Shown here: positions 27,274-41,029 of the stretch, piece after piece
Layout of the letters: each line of letters starts with the position of its first letter
Position numbering within the stretch: the first letter of the stretch is position 1
Source of the DNA: Eledone cirrhosa
Taxonomy: Eukaryota
Reading direction: 5' to 3'
NCBI GenBank assembly: GCA_964016885.1
Contig: OZ024749.1
Location: 33,046,001-33,110,000, forward strand
Length of the DNA stretch: 64,000 bases
Notes under the pieces: model-generated
Seen by the model: only the letters and a program-made list of their open reading frames with translations
The model's database searches: none
What the model was told of the DNA's origin: nothing
Program-made: the position numbers and the translations under genes

Positions 27274-27380
27274 CAGTATTAACAATTGTTTCATTAATCA
27301 GGTGAGTCTAAAAGATCGTTAGAAATTGCGTCACTCGACCTTAATTACAGTATTTTCTCGATCAAATCATCAGAATACTG
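27274..27380 (-). ncRNA. Type I hammerhead motif with long stem II insertion
   Basis: CAGTATT-CTGATGA-TTTGATC..~60 nt..GATTAAT-GAAA-CAATTG-TT-AATACTG, followed by AATAAA. Confidence 0.7.
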
Positions 27381-27402
27381 GTGTGTATAACACACACACA
27401 CA

Positions 27403-27445
<43 letters not shown>

Positions 27446-27489
27446 CTGAGAACATTTTGGAATAAGATAGAAAGAACTAAAAAAAAAAA

Positions 27490-28029
27490 GACAAATAAGA
27501 TCAATACATGGTATGACAGCAACAAATACCAGAGTGTAATGTTCGTCAATGTTACCCCAACAGGTGAACTAGCTTACAGATTTAGAAGGGTTCTTGACAA
27601 ATTAAAATAAAATATTAAGATAATAGAAAAACCAGATATTCGCATAAATGTCCTGATTAGAAGAACATACCCTTTTTAGAAAAGCCCTTGCACTGATAGA
27701 AAATGTATAGCCTGCAGATTAAGTGCACAAATTAACTGTAAAACTAGGAATGTAGTATATAGCATTAAATGCACGGAACACGGCATATATAGATGACACA
27801 GCCCGTAGCATACGAGAAAGGATAAATGAACAAGGGCGAGAACTCCAAGATGGGAAAAACTTATCAGTACTCCACCAACATGCTAAAATGGAACACATCA
27901 AGATAAAAATTATATCCTCACACAGAACAGACGCAATGTTTTGTCAGATCATTGAAGCGACAAACATAAACGAACTCCAACCAAAACTAAACAGAAAACA
28001 CGAATGGAATAATAACATCACAACGTAGT
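27490..28029 (+). pseudogene. Penelope-like element C-terminus: linker, Cys motif and GIY-YIG endonuclease (decayed)
   Basis: WYDSNKYQSVMFVNVTPTGELAYRFRRVL..*..PF*KSPCTDRKCIACR..NCKTRNVVYSIKC..GIY/(frameshift)DDTARSIRERINEQ..SVLHQH..QIIEATNINELQPKLNRKHEW; two stops and one frameshift. Confidence 0.8.
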
Positions 28030-28231
28030 AACTAAGGATAATATAAAACATATAAGATACACTAAGAACTAAACTAATAAAATAAACCAGACACCACAGA
28101 GATAGAGCAAATAGCCAACTAGTGACAAGTAGGAAAGAAAGAGACCCCCCCCCCAAAATACATATAAATAAATAAACAAATAAATATATAATAAATAAAT
28201 AAACATACGACACACACACATAGACACACAC

Positions 28232-28276
<45 letters not shown>

Positions 28277-28614
28277 TACTACATACATACAAGCTTACAT
28301 ACATGCATATATACATTCATACATATATATATGCATACAAAATACAAAAAACATAATACAAAAAACAACACAATCCTAAACAACAGCAGCAACAACAACA
28401 TTAAGACAAAACAAAGAAGAACGAAGACAGCAATGAAAAGACAAAATGTCCGAATATTGAGATAAAATATACAATATATGGAATGATCAGAATAAATAAT
28501 GTGTCTTTTGTACACAAAACACCCGCACTTCTATTTCTACAAAAAACAATTGCAGCTCTATTTATTGTATTTCTAACTATTGGTTCCTTTATTCTTTCAG
28601 TCTTTTACACGTTG

Positions 28615-29262
28615 TGGTCTTTAGACCGCGGCCATGCTGGGGCACTATTCTTTTACACATTTTTGTCATTGGACTACTGCCAAGCTGGGGCACTATTGGT
28701 TTTAGTCATTAGGCAGCGGCCAAGCTGGGGCACTATTCTTCTACTTGTTGTAATCATTAGACTGCTGCCATGCTGGGGCACTATTCTTCTACTTGTTGTA
28801 GTCTTTAGGCAGCGGCCATGCTAGGGCACTATTCTTCTACTGGTTGTAGTCTTTAGACTTCGGCCATGCTAGGGCACTATTCGTCTACTCATTGTAGTCA
28901 TTATACTGCGGCCATGCTGGGGCACTATTCTTCTACTGGTTTTATGGTTTTAGTCATTGGACAGCGGCCATGCTGGGGCACTATTCCTCTACTGGTTTTA
29001 ATCATTAGACTGCTGCCATGCTGGGGCACTCTTCCTCTACTGGCTTTAGTCATTAGACTGCTGCCATGCTGGAGCACTGTTCTTCTACTCCTTGCAGTCA
29101 TTGGACTGCGGCTATGCTGGGGGTACTCTTCTATTCGTTGTAGTCATTATACTGCGGCCATTCTGGGGCACTATTCTTCTACTTGTTGTAGTCATTAGAC
29201 TGCTGCCATGCTGGGGCACTATTCTTCTACTGGTTTTAGTTATTAGATCGCAGCCATGCCTA
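28615..29262. repeat. Degenerate ~48-bp minisatellite
   Basis: Unit TCATTAGACTGCTGCCATGCTGGGGCACTATTCTTCTACTTGTTGTAG, ~13 copies. Confidence 0.9.
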
Positions 29263-29552
29263 GATAATGTTTCTCAGTAAAAAAGCTCAATGAACTTCTG
29301 TCCAGAGCATGAATAATATAACATAATTTTAAACGATCTGTTTCTGAGAATTATGTTTACATGTCAGTACAAGAGCAAGAATGAGGGGCTCATTCTATTG
29401 ACATGGCTTAAAAAGGGGCTATTTGCATAATTACAAACGAAGCGAATATTATTATTAATATTCGAAAAAAAACACAGATTACATTTATTGTATTTAGCCA
29501 TGTAGAGCAATAAACTATTTGTTATATATATATATATATAAAGAGGAAGACG

Positions 29553-29583
<31 letters not shown>

Positions 29584-29955
29584 CGTGTGTGAGTGTATAT
29601 ATATAAATATATGTATATACATATATATACACACACATATACATATATACATTGAACGTTACGTATATGTTTTTAAAGCCCCGTCTATTTCTCCTCAGGG
29701 AAAACACCATTCACCACCCAACACCAACCACCCCACCACCAACCACCCCACTACCCCACTACCCTACTACCCCACTTCCAGACTACCCCCATCACTCACC
29801 AACAACCCCCACTTTTCCTCCCTTCAGAGATAGGCATCATTTCATAATAATATCCCCCACCCCCCCCAAGAAAGCTTTTAGCGGGAACTGTGATGTTTTA
29901 GTTATTTATTATCTCTATACTCCTTTCAACAAAGGAAAGAAGCCTGTTTCCATTA

Positions 29956-30131
29956 CTGGCAGAATCGGTAGAGCGTCGACACCATGCTTTGCAGCATAGA
30001 GTTTTTGCCCTTTGTGTTCTGAGTTCAAATCCGCCGAGGTTAACTTTGCCTTTCATCCTCACGGGGTCGATAAAATAAAGTACCTGTGATACACTGGGGT
30101 AATCGTTGGCCTTGTGCCAAAAGTAGAAACT
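29956..30131 (+). mobile_element. tRNA-derived SINE, major family
   Basis: A/B boxes, core and tail homology; a truncated minus-strand copy lies at 30355-30460. Confidence 0.85.
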
Positions 30132-30499
30132 CATCTTTATATCTAGTCAGTCGACAGTCTCCCCCACACAGTCGACTCTCTTATTGATTACAATACAACA
30201 CAAACAACGAACAAACAAACAAATAAAAGACAAACAAACAAAAACAGAAACAACAAATCAAAAAGGAAACAACATCATCAACAACAACAACAACAGGAGT
30301 TAGAAGTAAGGCCTAGCTTTTGGTGTGATATAATTTTCTATTAGTCAAATAATGACTGTTCCTACTTTTGGCACAAGGCCAGCAATTACCCAGTGAATTA
30401 CTGGTACTTTATTTTATTGACCCCATAAGGATGAAGGGCAAAGTTAACCTTGGCGGGATTGGCTCAATGGAGTTGTTAAAGTGACAAGCCAGCCAGTTT

Positions 30500-30822
30500 A
30501 GAAGTATTTTCGATAGTGTAAAAATACACCTACATGTACACCAGGTCCCGCCACAGAACAGTCGAACTCCCGCTGTCATATGCCTCCGTCTCTCTCGCCC
30601 TCCCCATCTTTCAATATTATGAGCAAACGGCGGACACAATAGAGAAGGTGTTTCCCCGGAGGAGGGTGAGAGAGATGCGCTGGAAAAGCCATTCCACCCG
30701 TGGCTAGCCAGCCCAGCGCTTATGGTGGTGAGTAGGGCCAAGGACACCAGAAGTCCTCACTGGCAGGGACTGGACTGCAGACCTGTCGGAGAGCGATCGA
30801 TAGAGATCCAGAAGTTTTTATG
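30500..30822 (-). mobile_element. CRE-clade (RLE) non-LTR retrotransposon 3' end
   Basis: Minus strand LYRSLSDR..RTSGVLGP..VEWLFQRISLTLLRGNTFSIVSA; homologous to 19785-20010. Confidence 0.65.
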
Positions 30823-31219
30823 AGATGACCAGTCCTTAATCTTTCTTCACAAGCCTGAAAACAAAATATATATAAAATATATATATATATAGTAAAAGAT
30901 CTACCAGATAGAAACAAAATGCAATGGGGTGAGTATGTGTGTATTACTTGACTTGTCAAACACTAGCACTGACATTAACAGTGAAACAGTTATACCGTAC
31001 AACCAGGCTGCAAGATGTGTTGTTGTTATTGTGGTTGTTGCTATGGTTGCCGTTATTGTTGTTATTGTTGTTGCTGTGGTTGGTGTTGATGGTTGCTGCC
31101 GTTGTTGTGGTTGTTGTGGTTGTTGCTGTTGTTATAACATTAAATTGTTATAGAATACCAACTACAAGTAAAGTAATTTTTTTCTTTTTTTCATACATAT
31201 TATATATACATATATATAT

Positions 31220-31465
31220 AGTAATAATAATAAATTTGAAGACTAAAATCCAAAGAGAGCTCGATAAGGATAAATATATATCAAATATATAAGAACCGTA
31301 GAGCAAATATTTATTAAAATAACAGATTAAAGTTTAAACAAAGAATCGCTGCTTTCACTCTTAACGGGATCTTCTGAAACTAACCTGAACTAATGGTTAG
31401 TTTCAGAAGATCCCGTTAAGGGTGAAAGCAGCGATTCTTTGCTTAAACTTTAATCTGTTATTTTA

Positions 31466-31472
<7 letters not shown>
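31220..31472. mobile_element. Family D fold-back element in (TA)n
   Basis: Arms ~31306-31385 and 31395-31473; copies at 26810-26890, 35745-35930 and 58180-58402. Confidence 0.8.
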
Positions 31473-31502
<30 letters not shown>

Positions 31503-31741
31503 AGTTTATCCCGGGTTCAATCGAGGTTAACCACAGTAAGTTAGGTACTCAATACAAAACAGAGGATAAATATTTAATATAGAAATGACTTCTACAGGAC
31601 TAGAACTGTTTCATTCGGGAGAATGAAACAGTACTAGTTCTAGTCATTTCTAGAAATGCCTACGACGGTTGGAAGGCCACTGATGAGGACAAACTTTTTC
31701 ATATGTAACCCATTTGCAGCGCCGCAGCTCCATTATTATCA

Positions 31742-31817
<76 letters not shown>

Positions 31818-32789
31818 CATATACATACATACATAGAGAGAGAAAGAGAAACAGAGAGTTAGTTAATTCCACAAGAAATTAGCAAACGTGTTTCACCCAA
31901 GAATGGAAGTATACATGAACCTGTTGGATTCTGCGCAGCAATGTATGTTGTACTTTAAAAATTAATCCACAGTTCAACACCACCTCCCATCAGGAAAATT
32001 AAAGTAAGTCATTCTGCAGTTTCTGTTTTAGATCATTTAATTATTTTAAAATTTCTGTAACACATCCATTTTTCTTTCATTGCACTATTTAACCATAAAA
32101 TGTTAAAATGTGGTTATGGAACTTAATCAACAGCTTTCGATACTGAGTTTCTACTACGAAGTGTCGTAAGATTTTCCCATAATGTTATTCTTCTTCTTCT
32201 TCGCCCACTTATTCCTGAGAGGTTCGTGGGAGGCAGAGTCCTCAAAAACTCCCTCTAGCGTGTCCTGTCAGAAGCAACCGTCTCCAACAGAGTTGTTCTG
32301 CTAGAGAACAACAGTTCGCACTTGGTGGATAGCAATACGGCCACCACATATGATGGCTTGTTTGCGACATAAGCGGGCAACTGCCGGACAAAAAAGCAAC
32401 CCCCGGATCAACAGCGATAAACTACTAGGGGTGATATAGCAATATTAGATACCTATAACTCTGAAAAAAAGCCCTCACAATGTTCATTACTCAAAATCTA
32501 CAGACGTCTAAGAAATCAGAAATAAGACAAAGGATGACGTAAATGAATTTATTGAAGTCGAACTCAATATAATGTTGTTTATAAATTATTATAGAAGAAG
32601 AAGGAAACTTAACTGGGACACTTACTGAAATGTTAAGACGAATCGTATTTTTGTTTTGTTTTGTGTTAATAAAATGTTCACAGCTGAATAGTTACTGTGT
32701 AATGAGGCAAGAATTGTAATTATTTTGGCTATCCCCGCACCCCCTCTCTCTGTAATGTAATATTATATATATATATGTATATATATATA

Positions 32790-33015
32790 AATGGAATAGA
32801 ATGAAACGAAATTTCATTTCTCACTCTTAGTACGGCACTTACTTAAATGTAAGTATGTATGTATACGTACATACATATATGTATACAGACGTACAGTAGT
32901 ATGTATATATATACATACATGTACACATATATATATGCACGTATCGGTTTACCGAACATTTATTATAATGCTCGGTTTGTTTGTTTGTAAACAAACAAAC
33001 ATCCCGAATACGTGC

Positions 33016-33049
<34 letters not shown>

Positions 33050-33140
33050 GTGTGCATGTATGTATATATATATACATACTACTGTACGTCTGTATACATA
33101 TAAGTATGTACGTATACATACATACTTACATTTATATATA
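32790..33140. mobile_element. (TA)n-embedded element with internal inverted duplication
   Basis: AAATGTAAGTATG..CAGACGTACAGTAGTATG mirrored at ~33070-33133; homologous to 11545-11655. Confidence 0.65.
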
Positions 33141-33150
33141 TATATTCTTT

Positions 33151-33446
33151 CTAAGGCGGGTAAAATTCCCGAGATCCATGGACGAGTTCTCTCCAGCGGT
33201 CTCTGTCCCTCATCATCGCTGCTATGTCCTGCGTCTCCAACAGACCAGTGTCTGTCCTTAGGGCATCAACATACGTTAACCTTGGTCTTCCTCTTCTAGT
33301 GTGTCCATGTAGGGGCTCCCAAAGGAGCACTGAGTGCAATGTCAACTCTGGATGTCGGTGAGCATGTCCAGCTAACCCCAGTCTCCTCTGTGTCACTTTT
33401 GAGCTGACTTTTGGGATGCTCCCATACAGCTCTGAGTTTTTCATCC
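33151..33446 (-). mobile_element. RTE-group LINE 3' fragment
   Basis: KNSELYGSIPKVSSKVTQRRLGLAGHAHRHPE..LLWEPLHGHTRRGRPRLTYVDALRTDTG..DRDRWR; 3' end in (TA)n. Confidence 0.85.
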
Positions 33447-33616
33447 CGACTCCCGGGAATGAATATGACCGCAGCTAGTAAACAAGGACCCACACCCCAC
33501 CCTCCCGCACCAAAATTAGACTTATCGTCCCCTACTTTTGCTCTTTACTCTCTTTACTCTTTGTTCTTGAATGTTTGGTTGGTAGAGTCCATAACACCAA
33601 TCAAACCCCTTTTATA

Positions 33617-33661
33617 GCTCTGACGAATCCTACGGTTACGTAAGGAAGAAACATTGTAAGC
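33617..33661 (+). ncRNA. Minimal hammerhead motif followed by AATAAA
   Basis: GCT-CTGACGA-ATCCTACG-GTTA-CGTAAGGAA-GAAA-CATTG-TA-AGC. Confidence 0.6.
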
Positions 33662-33702
33662 CAATAAAAATCTTTTGATGTTGTAGACGCTCTTGTGTTC
33701 TT

Positions 33703-33753
<51 letters not shown>

Positions 33754-33907
33754 AAAAAGTCTGGATCCCGATGTCTGAGCTCTTGCCGTTTCAACAGTTA
33801 GTTCCCGACCCTTTCATATAACCATACTCTATTACCCAAAGTATCGAGTACTCTTGTGAGTAATGGTCTCAACAGGTTTATACTGTATACATTTGATAAT
33901 ATATATA

Positions 33908-34174
33908 GGCGGCGAACTGGCAGCAAACTGGCAGCGTCGTTAAGACGTCGGATAGAACGCTTTACGGTATTCGCCCCACCTCATTGAGCGCTCTGAATTC
34001 AAATCCCGCCGTGGTCAACTTTGCGTTTCATCCTTTCGAGGTCGATAAAAAAAGTGTCAGTCCAGTACTGGAGTCAACTCTTCCTTTATAGAAAAAAATC
34101 GGCTGTGTTCAGGCCTGGAGAGGGTTGCCCTAGACACTCTGTATGACGGTGTCTATACGACTCCAAGGAGCTAT

Positions 34175-34175
<1 letters not shown>
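33908..34175 (+). mobile_element. Older SINE subfamily copy
   Basis: GGCGGCGAACTGGCAG head, GAATTCAAATCC B box, Meta-like core, internal module. Confidence 0.7.
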
Positions 34176-34266
<91 letters not shown>

Positions 34267-34448
34267 AACAAGTAAGACGGCTGAGCTCAAGCCGTTTCGA
34301 CGGCTAATTCTGTACAGAATTAGCCGTCGAAACGGCTTGAGCTCAGCCGTCGGGGTCTTACTTGTTCCTATTACCCACTCTACTACCCTAAGTATTGAGT
34401 ACTTTGGTGCGTTATGGTCCACCTGGTTCCTTACCACATTTCCTTCGT

Positions 34449-34482
<34 letters not shown>

Positions 34483-34514
34483 ATTAGGGAACAAAGAAGC
34501 ATAATATACATATT

Positions 34515-34601
34515 TAATTACATATGTTTCATTGTCGACCACCTCGAGGAACGATTGATTATGTTCGTTCCTGACTCAGGAATCGAAAGCTCCTCAGATA
34601 T
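34515..34601 (-). ncRNA. Hammerhead-like motif with long stem II
   Basis: CTGAGGA-[TCGA..AGGAACGA/TCGTTCCT..TCGA]-GAAA-CATATG-TA; stem I only ~2 bp. Confidence 0.5.
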
Positions 34602-34777
34602 GTGTTCTCACGTCCAAATGTTGCAGAATTGTTAGACACCCGATTTGTTATTTTGGCATACCGCCTGTGAACGCAATCCAACTGCCCCTTTACTACTACT
34701 ATTATATTCGACGGCTAATTCTGTCCAGAATTAGCCGTCGAAACGGCTTGAGCTCAGCCGTCGGGGTCTTACTTGTT

Positions 34778-34853
<76 letters not shown>

Positions 34854-35208
34854 TATTGAAGTTTGCTTGAAGCATTGTGGAATAATAAGGTAAATTTCTT
34901 TAAGTCGTTTGGAAGCCTCGACAATGCAAATGGGTAAATCTCCGGGTAACAAGATCCGGTGGTGGAGAGAGAGATGTAAGTGGGTGTACGTTGAGATGCG
35001 TGGCGTGTATAAGACGTGTAGAGGAATGAAGGAAAGAGCGTAAAGGATAAAATAAAAATAACAACACGAGAGAGAGTTACCTTGGGAGAGATTTAATTGT
35101 CCCTATATATTTCGGATTCACATCCATCAACTGGGGATTTTTTCCGGGGTGGGGGAAGGTTGTCTGTCGGAAAGGTACGAAACGCGTCCTCCGCTGTTCG
35201 TTGTTTTG

Positions 35209-35263
<55 letters not shown>

Positions 35264-35925
35264 ATAATCAAAAGTAGGATTATATATATATAATCAAAAG
35301 TAGGATTATATATATATATAATCAAAAGTAGGATTATATATATATAATCAAAAGTAGGATTATATATATATATATATAATCAAAAGTAGGATAATATATA
35401 TATATAATAAACATATCAAACAATTACAGTGGATAGTTTGTAAAGAGTGTAAACACACATAGTTACGGAGGTATCATATTAAAAATTAAACAAGAACCTT
35501 GAATATAGATACCTTGCAATAATGATTAATCTCCTTTGTATATATTCCATTGAAGAAATATATTTCACCATTAATCGGTGAATCACAGATGTCAAATGTT
35601 GGATCATCGGCAAAGGGGAAGATTTAAATGCTATGATTTACTACTTGGAATTCTACAGGTGGTATGGCGCATTATTCTCATATTCTCAGACATCACATCC
35701 TTAATATAATTTTGGTACTATATATATATATATATATATATGTATATTTATTAAAATAACAGATTAACCCTTCAGAAGATCCCGTTAAGGGTGAAAGCAG
35801 CGATTCTTTGCTTAAACTTTAATCTGTTATTTTAATAAATATTTGCTCTACGGTTCTTATATATTTGATATATATTTATCCTTATCGAGCCCTCTTTGGA
35901 TTTTAGTCTTCAAATTTATTATTAT

Positions 35926-35989
<64 letters not shown>

Positions 35990-36765
35990 TAGAAATTATA
36001 AGCTTTCACTCATCTTTTTCCATTTCTCCGAGGGTTATAAAACCCCACTATCAGGCTAGAAATTTCTTTAGTCTAAAATACGGTGAAAGCTTATAATTTC
36101 TAATTTCTAATTTTCAAACTGGCGCACCGTTTCAAAAACATACTTACATGTTTACATTTATAATTTGCTTGTTTATATATATATATATATATATATACAT
36201 ACTCAATATTTGACTAATACCTATTTTATCGAAACCCCAGTAGAAGGAAATGGGAAAGTCAACTCGCACGATTTTTGAACTTTAAACACAGAAATGCTAG
36301 ATAACCTTGATGCTTTTTAATCAGGCATCTTATCGATTCTGTCATCCATCTCCTTAACTATTTCTAAATAACGGAAAAAGAAAAGGTTATTAATTTTTGA
36401 AATATCGTTAAAATGAGCAAAATTATTCTTTCAAAATTATTCGCTTAAAGAATAATAAAAAAAAAAAAAAATACGCGTAAAAATATGTTAAAAGTATATG
36501 GCAAACAGTTTATGTAAAATTTGAACAAAGTTAATTAAAAAAAACGAATATGCGTGCAAATTAAAAACATATTTTCTACATTAAATGTTGCATTTTATAT
36601 CGTGTTTATTCTTTAAATGGCCGGGAAAATTGTATAACCTTTAAATGAACTTTAATATTTTTTCACTATTAGTTATGCAGATTATAAAGAGGTTTCTCGT
36701 CTTGTTTTCGCTGTTTTTATTTTTTTAAGAATTCTCTGGAAATAGCTCTGCCTACAGTGAAATGT

Positions 36766-37365
36766 AGGTGGCGAATTAGCAGAGTCGTCAGAACGTCGGA
36801 TAGAATGCTTTATGTTTTTCGTTCGGGCTCTCTGCTCTCTGAGTTCAAATCCCACCGGGGTCAACTTTGCCTTTCATCCTTTCGAGCTCAATTCATCCTC
36901 TATATCTGTTTCTCATCTCCCCCCCCTCTCTCTCTCTCTCTCTCTAGACAGATCGATAGATAGATAAATAGAGAAACCCAGGAGAGAGATAGAGTTAGTG
37001 CACGTGTGTGTCTGTGAGAGAGGGAGAGAGAGAGAGGGGGAGAGGGAGAGGGAGGGAGAGAGAGACAGTTAATCAGGTCAATTCATCCTCTATATCTGTT
37101 TCTCACCCCCCCTCTCTCTCTCTCACTTTCTATCTTTCTCTGGAAGAAGTCTGTTGTACTCAGGTCTGGAGAGGGATGGGCTCCGCCAGGCTTAAAATGC
37201 CCAAGAAACGCCCTATGTCAATACGGCGCTCCTACGGCTCTATCAGGAGTTACGGGACCATACCATACCATACCATATAACTGGTACTTTAACTACTGGT
37301 ATCGATATAATCGGTATTCTTCTCTGCACAAATTGCTAGCCTTGTGCCTAAATTAGAAATCACTA
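36766..37365 (+). mobile_element. Older long SINE subfamily copy with internal duplication
   Basis: Head at 36766, duplicated CAATTCATCCTCTATATCTGTTTCTCA, internal module and SINE tail GCCTTGTGCCTAAATTAGAAA. Confidence 0.65.
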
Positions 37366-37372
37366 CTAATAA

Positions 37373-37755
37373 ATAATTGTTTCTACTTTTGGCACAAGGC
37401 CACAATTACCCAGTACATTACTGGTACTTTATTTTATCGACCCCGTAAGGATGAAAGGCAAAGTTTACCTCGGCGGGATTTGAACTCGGAATGGCAAGGG
37501 TCGTAACTCTATGCATCAAAGCATGGCGTCCAACCCTCTACCGATACTGCCAATCCAAAAATAATTGTTTCTACTTTAGGCACAAGGCCAGCAAATACCC
37601 AGTGCATTACTGGTACTTTATTTTATCGACCCCGTAAGGATGAAAGGCAAAGTTTACCTCGGCGGGATTTGAACTCGGAATGGCAAGGGTCGTAACTCTA
37701 TGCATCAAAGCATGGCGTCCAACCCTCTACCGATAACTGCCAATCCAAAAATAAT
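37373..37755 (-). mobile_element. Head-to-tail SINE dimer
   Basis: Two near-identical copies (37373-37556, 37562-37746) separated and flanked by AAATAAT. Confidence 0.9.
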
Positions 37756-38068
37756 ACTGGCTCTTAAGTAATATAAACCAATATAAAAAAACCCCACTGG
37801 AAATATTTTTAAAAGGAAACTTTTTAAACACTTAACCCAGACGCAGGTCTAATAAATTGCTTCCATTTAGCTGACGATGTATATATATTGCAGTGAAATA
37901 TTTATTCCTATGTAGCCATTGGTATTGATATGGTGTTGATTACAGGAATTATTTCATGTCGACTTATTCTCCATTGCTTCGGCCATAACTTTCAATCTAC
38001 CTGAGTATATGTGTGTCAGGGTACTTGTGTTTTAAGTGTGTACTTGTGAATGTCTGTCTCTGTGAATA

Positions 38069-38200
<132 letters not shown>

Positions 38201-38824
38201 CGCAGGTATATATATATATATCAGAATAGTGATATATGTGCGGATACACATATATTTCCTCCGCTTCTCTCTATGCGCACACACACACACACACTGTATA
38301 CCAATACTCACATACAGATATATTATTATTATTCTTTATTATCCTGAGATTTTAGCAATTTTTTTTTAAAACTATTTTACAAAAACATTTTACTATTGAT
38401 ATAAAAATCTCATTGAGATTTTATAATATTTTTAATTTCAATTTATTCCTTGATTTATTCCTTAATTTTAAAGATTTAACTTGCCCAAATTTTTGAAAAT
38501 TTTTTTTGTTAAAATTTTCATTATGTTACTATGGTAACGATATTAATTTCTCACAATTTTTAGAATTTATTACCATTTCAGGTTCCTTCCTAATTTTGTT
38601 TTTCATTTTTCTTTTCTTTTACTCCTAAAGATACATACATGCATATATATCTACACCTATCTACATATATATATTTCTTTATACATTCACACATATATAC
38701 ATACATATACATATCTATCTATATTTAACTATCTACATTTATATATACATACATATACGCGTATATACATACGTATATACATACGTATATACATACGTAT
38801 ATACATACATATACCCATACAAAT

Positions 38825-38883
<59 letters not shown>

Positions 38884-39249
38884 CATATATACATAAACAT
38901 ACATATTCATATATAGATATATATACATACATATACGCGTATATACATACGTATATACATAAATAGATATATCTATACACACACATATATATATACATAT
39001 ACATGTATAAATATATATAGATATACATACATACATACATACATACATACATGTATCCATATATACATATGCACATACACATATGCACATATCCATATAT
39101 ACACATGCACATACATATATATATACTTACATATACCCATATATACAGGCATATATACATACATACATACATACCTATACACAGATAAATACATTTTTTC
39201 ATCTCCAACTTAATAGTTTCACATACTTATTGATCTCTCTCTTTCTCTC

Positions 39250-39313
<64 letters not shown>

Positions 39314-40044
39314 TCAGTATGATATGAATAAACCAGATATATTTTTCAGATTAAAAGTATTCTTTATATATTTCTCGTATTATTATTATTTTTGGGGGGT
39401 GGGTGGGGTGGGGTGGGGGGAGTGGGACGGCTTCTATATTTTTTCTTTTGACCTTACTTTTTTTTCTTTGTATGATTTTAATTTTTATCAATGGTGAAGA
39501 CCTTACTAAGTATGCTTGCATTTGTAGATTTTTTTTTCTCTGTGGCAAGACTATAATGTGTAAAGCTGGCATTATATGTAAACCGGAATCTCTTATATTA
39601 CCAATAGCAAAAAAAAAAAAAAAAGAAAAAAAAGATACCATTTTTTCTATTGTTGTTATTAATTTCCTCTATAATGGTGGCTAGGCTGTCAGCAAATCTA
39701 GCTTTCTGAATAGTTCATAATAGTTCATAGCTTTGTTACATTTGTTATTTTTTTTCACCCACAAATAGATATGTAAATTTTTTTTTTTTTACTAGTAGTT
39801 AAATAATTTAGTAGTGAAATGGTAGAGTGGAGAAAAGTATTGCTTTAAAGTTGGAGACTGCAGAGGAATAAAATGGAATCAAATAGATTATATACGCTAA
39901 TATTAAGTACCAATCACACTCTGGTGACGACATAGCCATCTAAAATTCTTGAAAGTGCTGTCTCAGCATGGCCATGGTTTAATGACTGAAAGCAGTTATG
40001 GTTACATGAAGAAAAATACATATTCGTTTTAACCGACGAACTAT

Positions 40045-40850
40045 TAGCGATAAATGGTTCTAAGCCGAAACCATTTAACGTGGAGTCTGACTCCTCCATG
40101 GGTGCATCCATGTCACCTATCCTCTCCTATTCATAATCTTCTTGAACAGGATTGACATACGTTGTTGAGCTGGAAATCGTCTTAAAGTGTGTTGGGTGTA
40201 AGATCAGTCGACTGGAATTTGTAGACGACATGGTATTACTGAATTCGTCAGAAAGTGACATGCACCACTCGATAGATTTGACGCCGAGTGAAGGATGACA
40301 GGAATGAAAATCAGTGCTGCGAAAACGGGGACATTCGTCTTCTCAAGGAAGCCAGTGGAGTTTCACTGAAGAAGGTGGAGAAGTTCAAGTATCTTGGTGC
40401 CATGTTCACGAGTGATGGAAGGCAGGAGGCTGAATTGAAGGAGCTAGTGCAGTAATGAGCCAGCTTCAACACTCGGTCATCAGAAGACAAGGAGGTAGGT
40501 GTAAAAGCCAAACTCGCTATCTTCAATTTGGTATTCCTGCCGACTCTTACTTATGGTTATGAATCTTTGGTAGTGACCGAAAGAATACGATCGCAAATAC
40601 AAGTGACCGAAATGGGGTTCCTCTGAAGGGTCTTTGGAGTAACATTACACGATAGAGTGCGTAGCTCGGAGGTCAGAGATCCACTCCAGGTAGAGCTGCT
40701 GCTTCTCTGAATTGAGAGATCACAGCTACTATACTATCACCATATGGCTAGAATGTCTCAGGAAAGAATTGTTGGATAGATTTTACTAGCAAAAGCAACT
40801 GGTAGGAGACCAAGGGGTAGACCCTGAGCAAGATGGTTGGATAACATTTA
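40045..40850 (+). pseudogene. RTE-clade LINE reverse transcriptase and C-terminal region, decayed
   Basis: INGSKPKPFNV..SP..FIIFLNRI..KISRLEFVDDMVLL..GMKISAAKT..VEKFKYLG..PTLTYGYESLV..EMGFL..GRRPRGRP..RWLDNI with stops and frameshifts. Confidence 0.85.
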
Positions 40851-41029
40851 AGAAGGAGAAAAGGAAAGAAGGAGAAAAGAAGAAAAGAAAAGAAGAAAAG
40901 AAGAAAAGAAGAAAAGAAGAAAAGAAGAAAAGAAGAAAAGAAGAAAAGAAGAATTTTAGATGAAAAATGAAGCTGATGCTTTGGACCTTCGTCAGTTCCA
41001 ACAACAAATGTTCCAGTTATTTGAAACAA

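Noticed and set aside
31965-32010. Possible micro-exon (CCACAG..AAA|GTAAGT)
   Set aside because: Splice-like motifs only; weak polypyrimidine tract and no other supporting exons.
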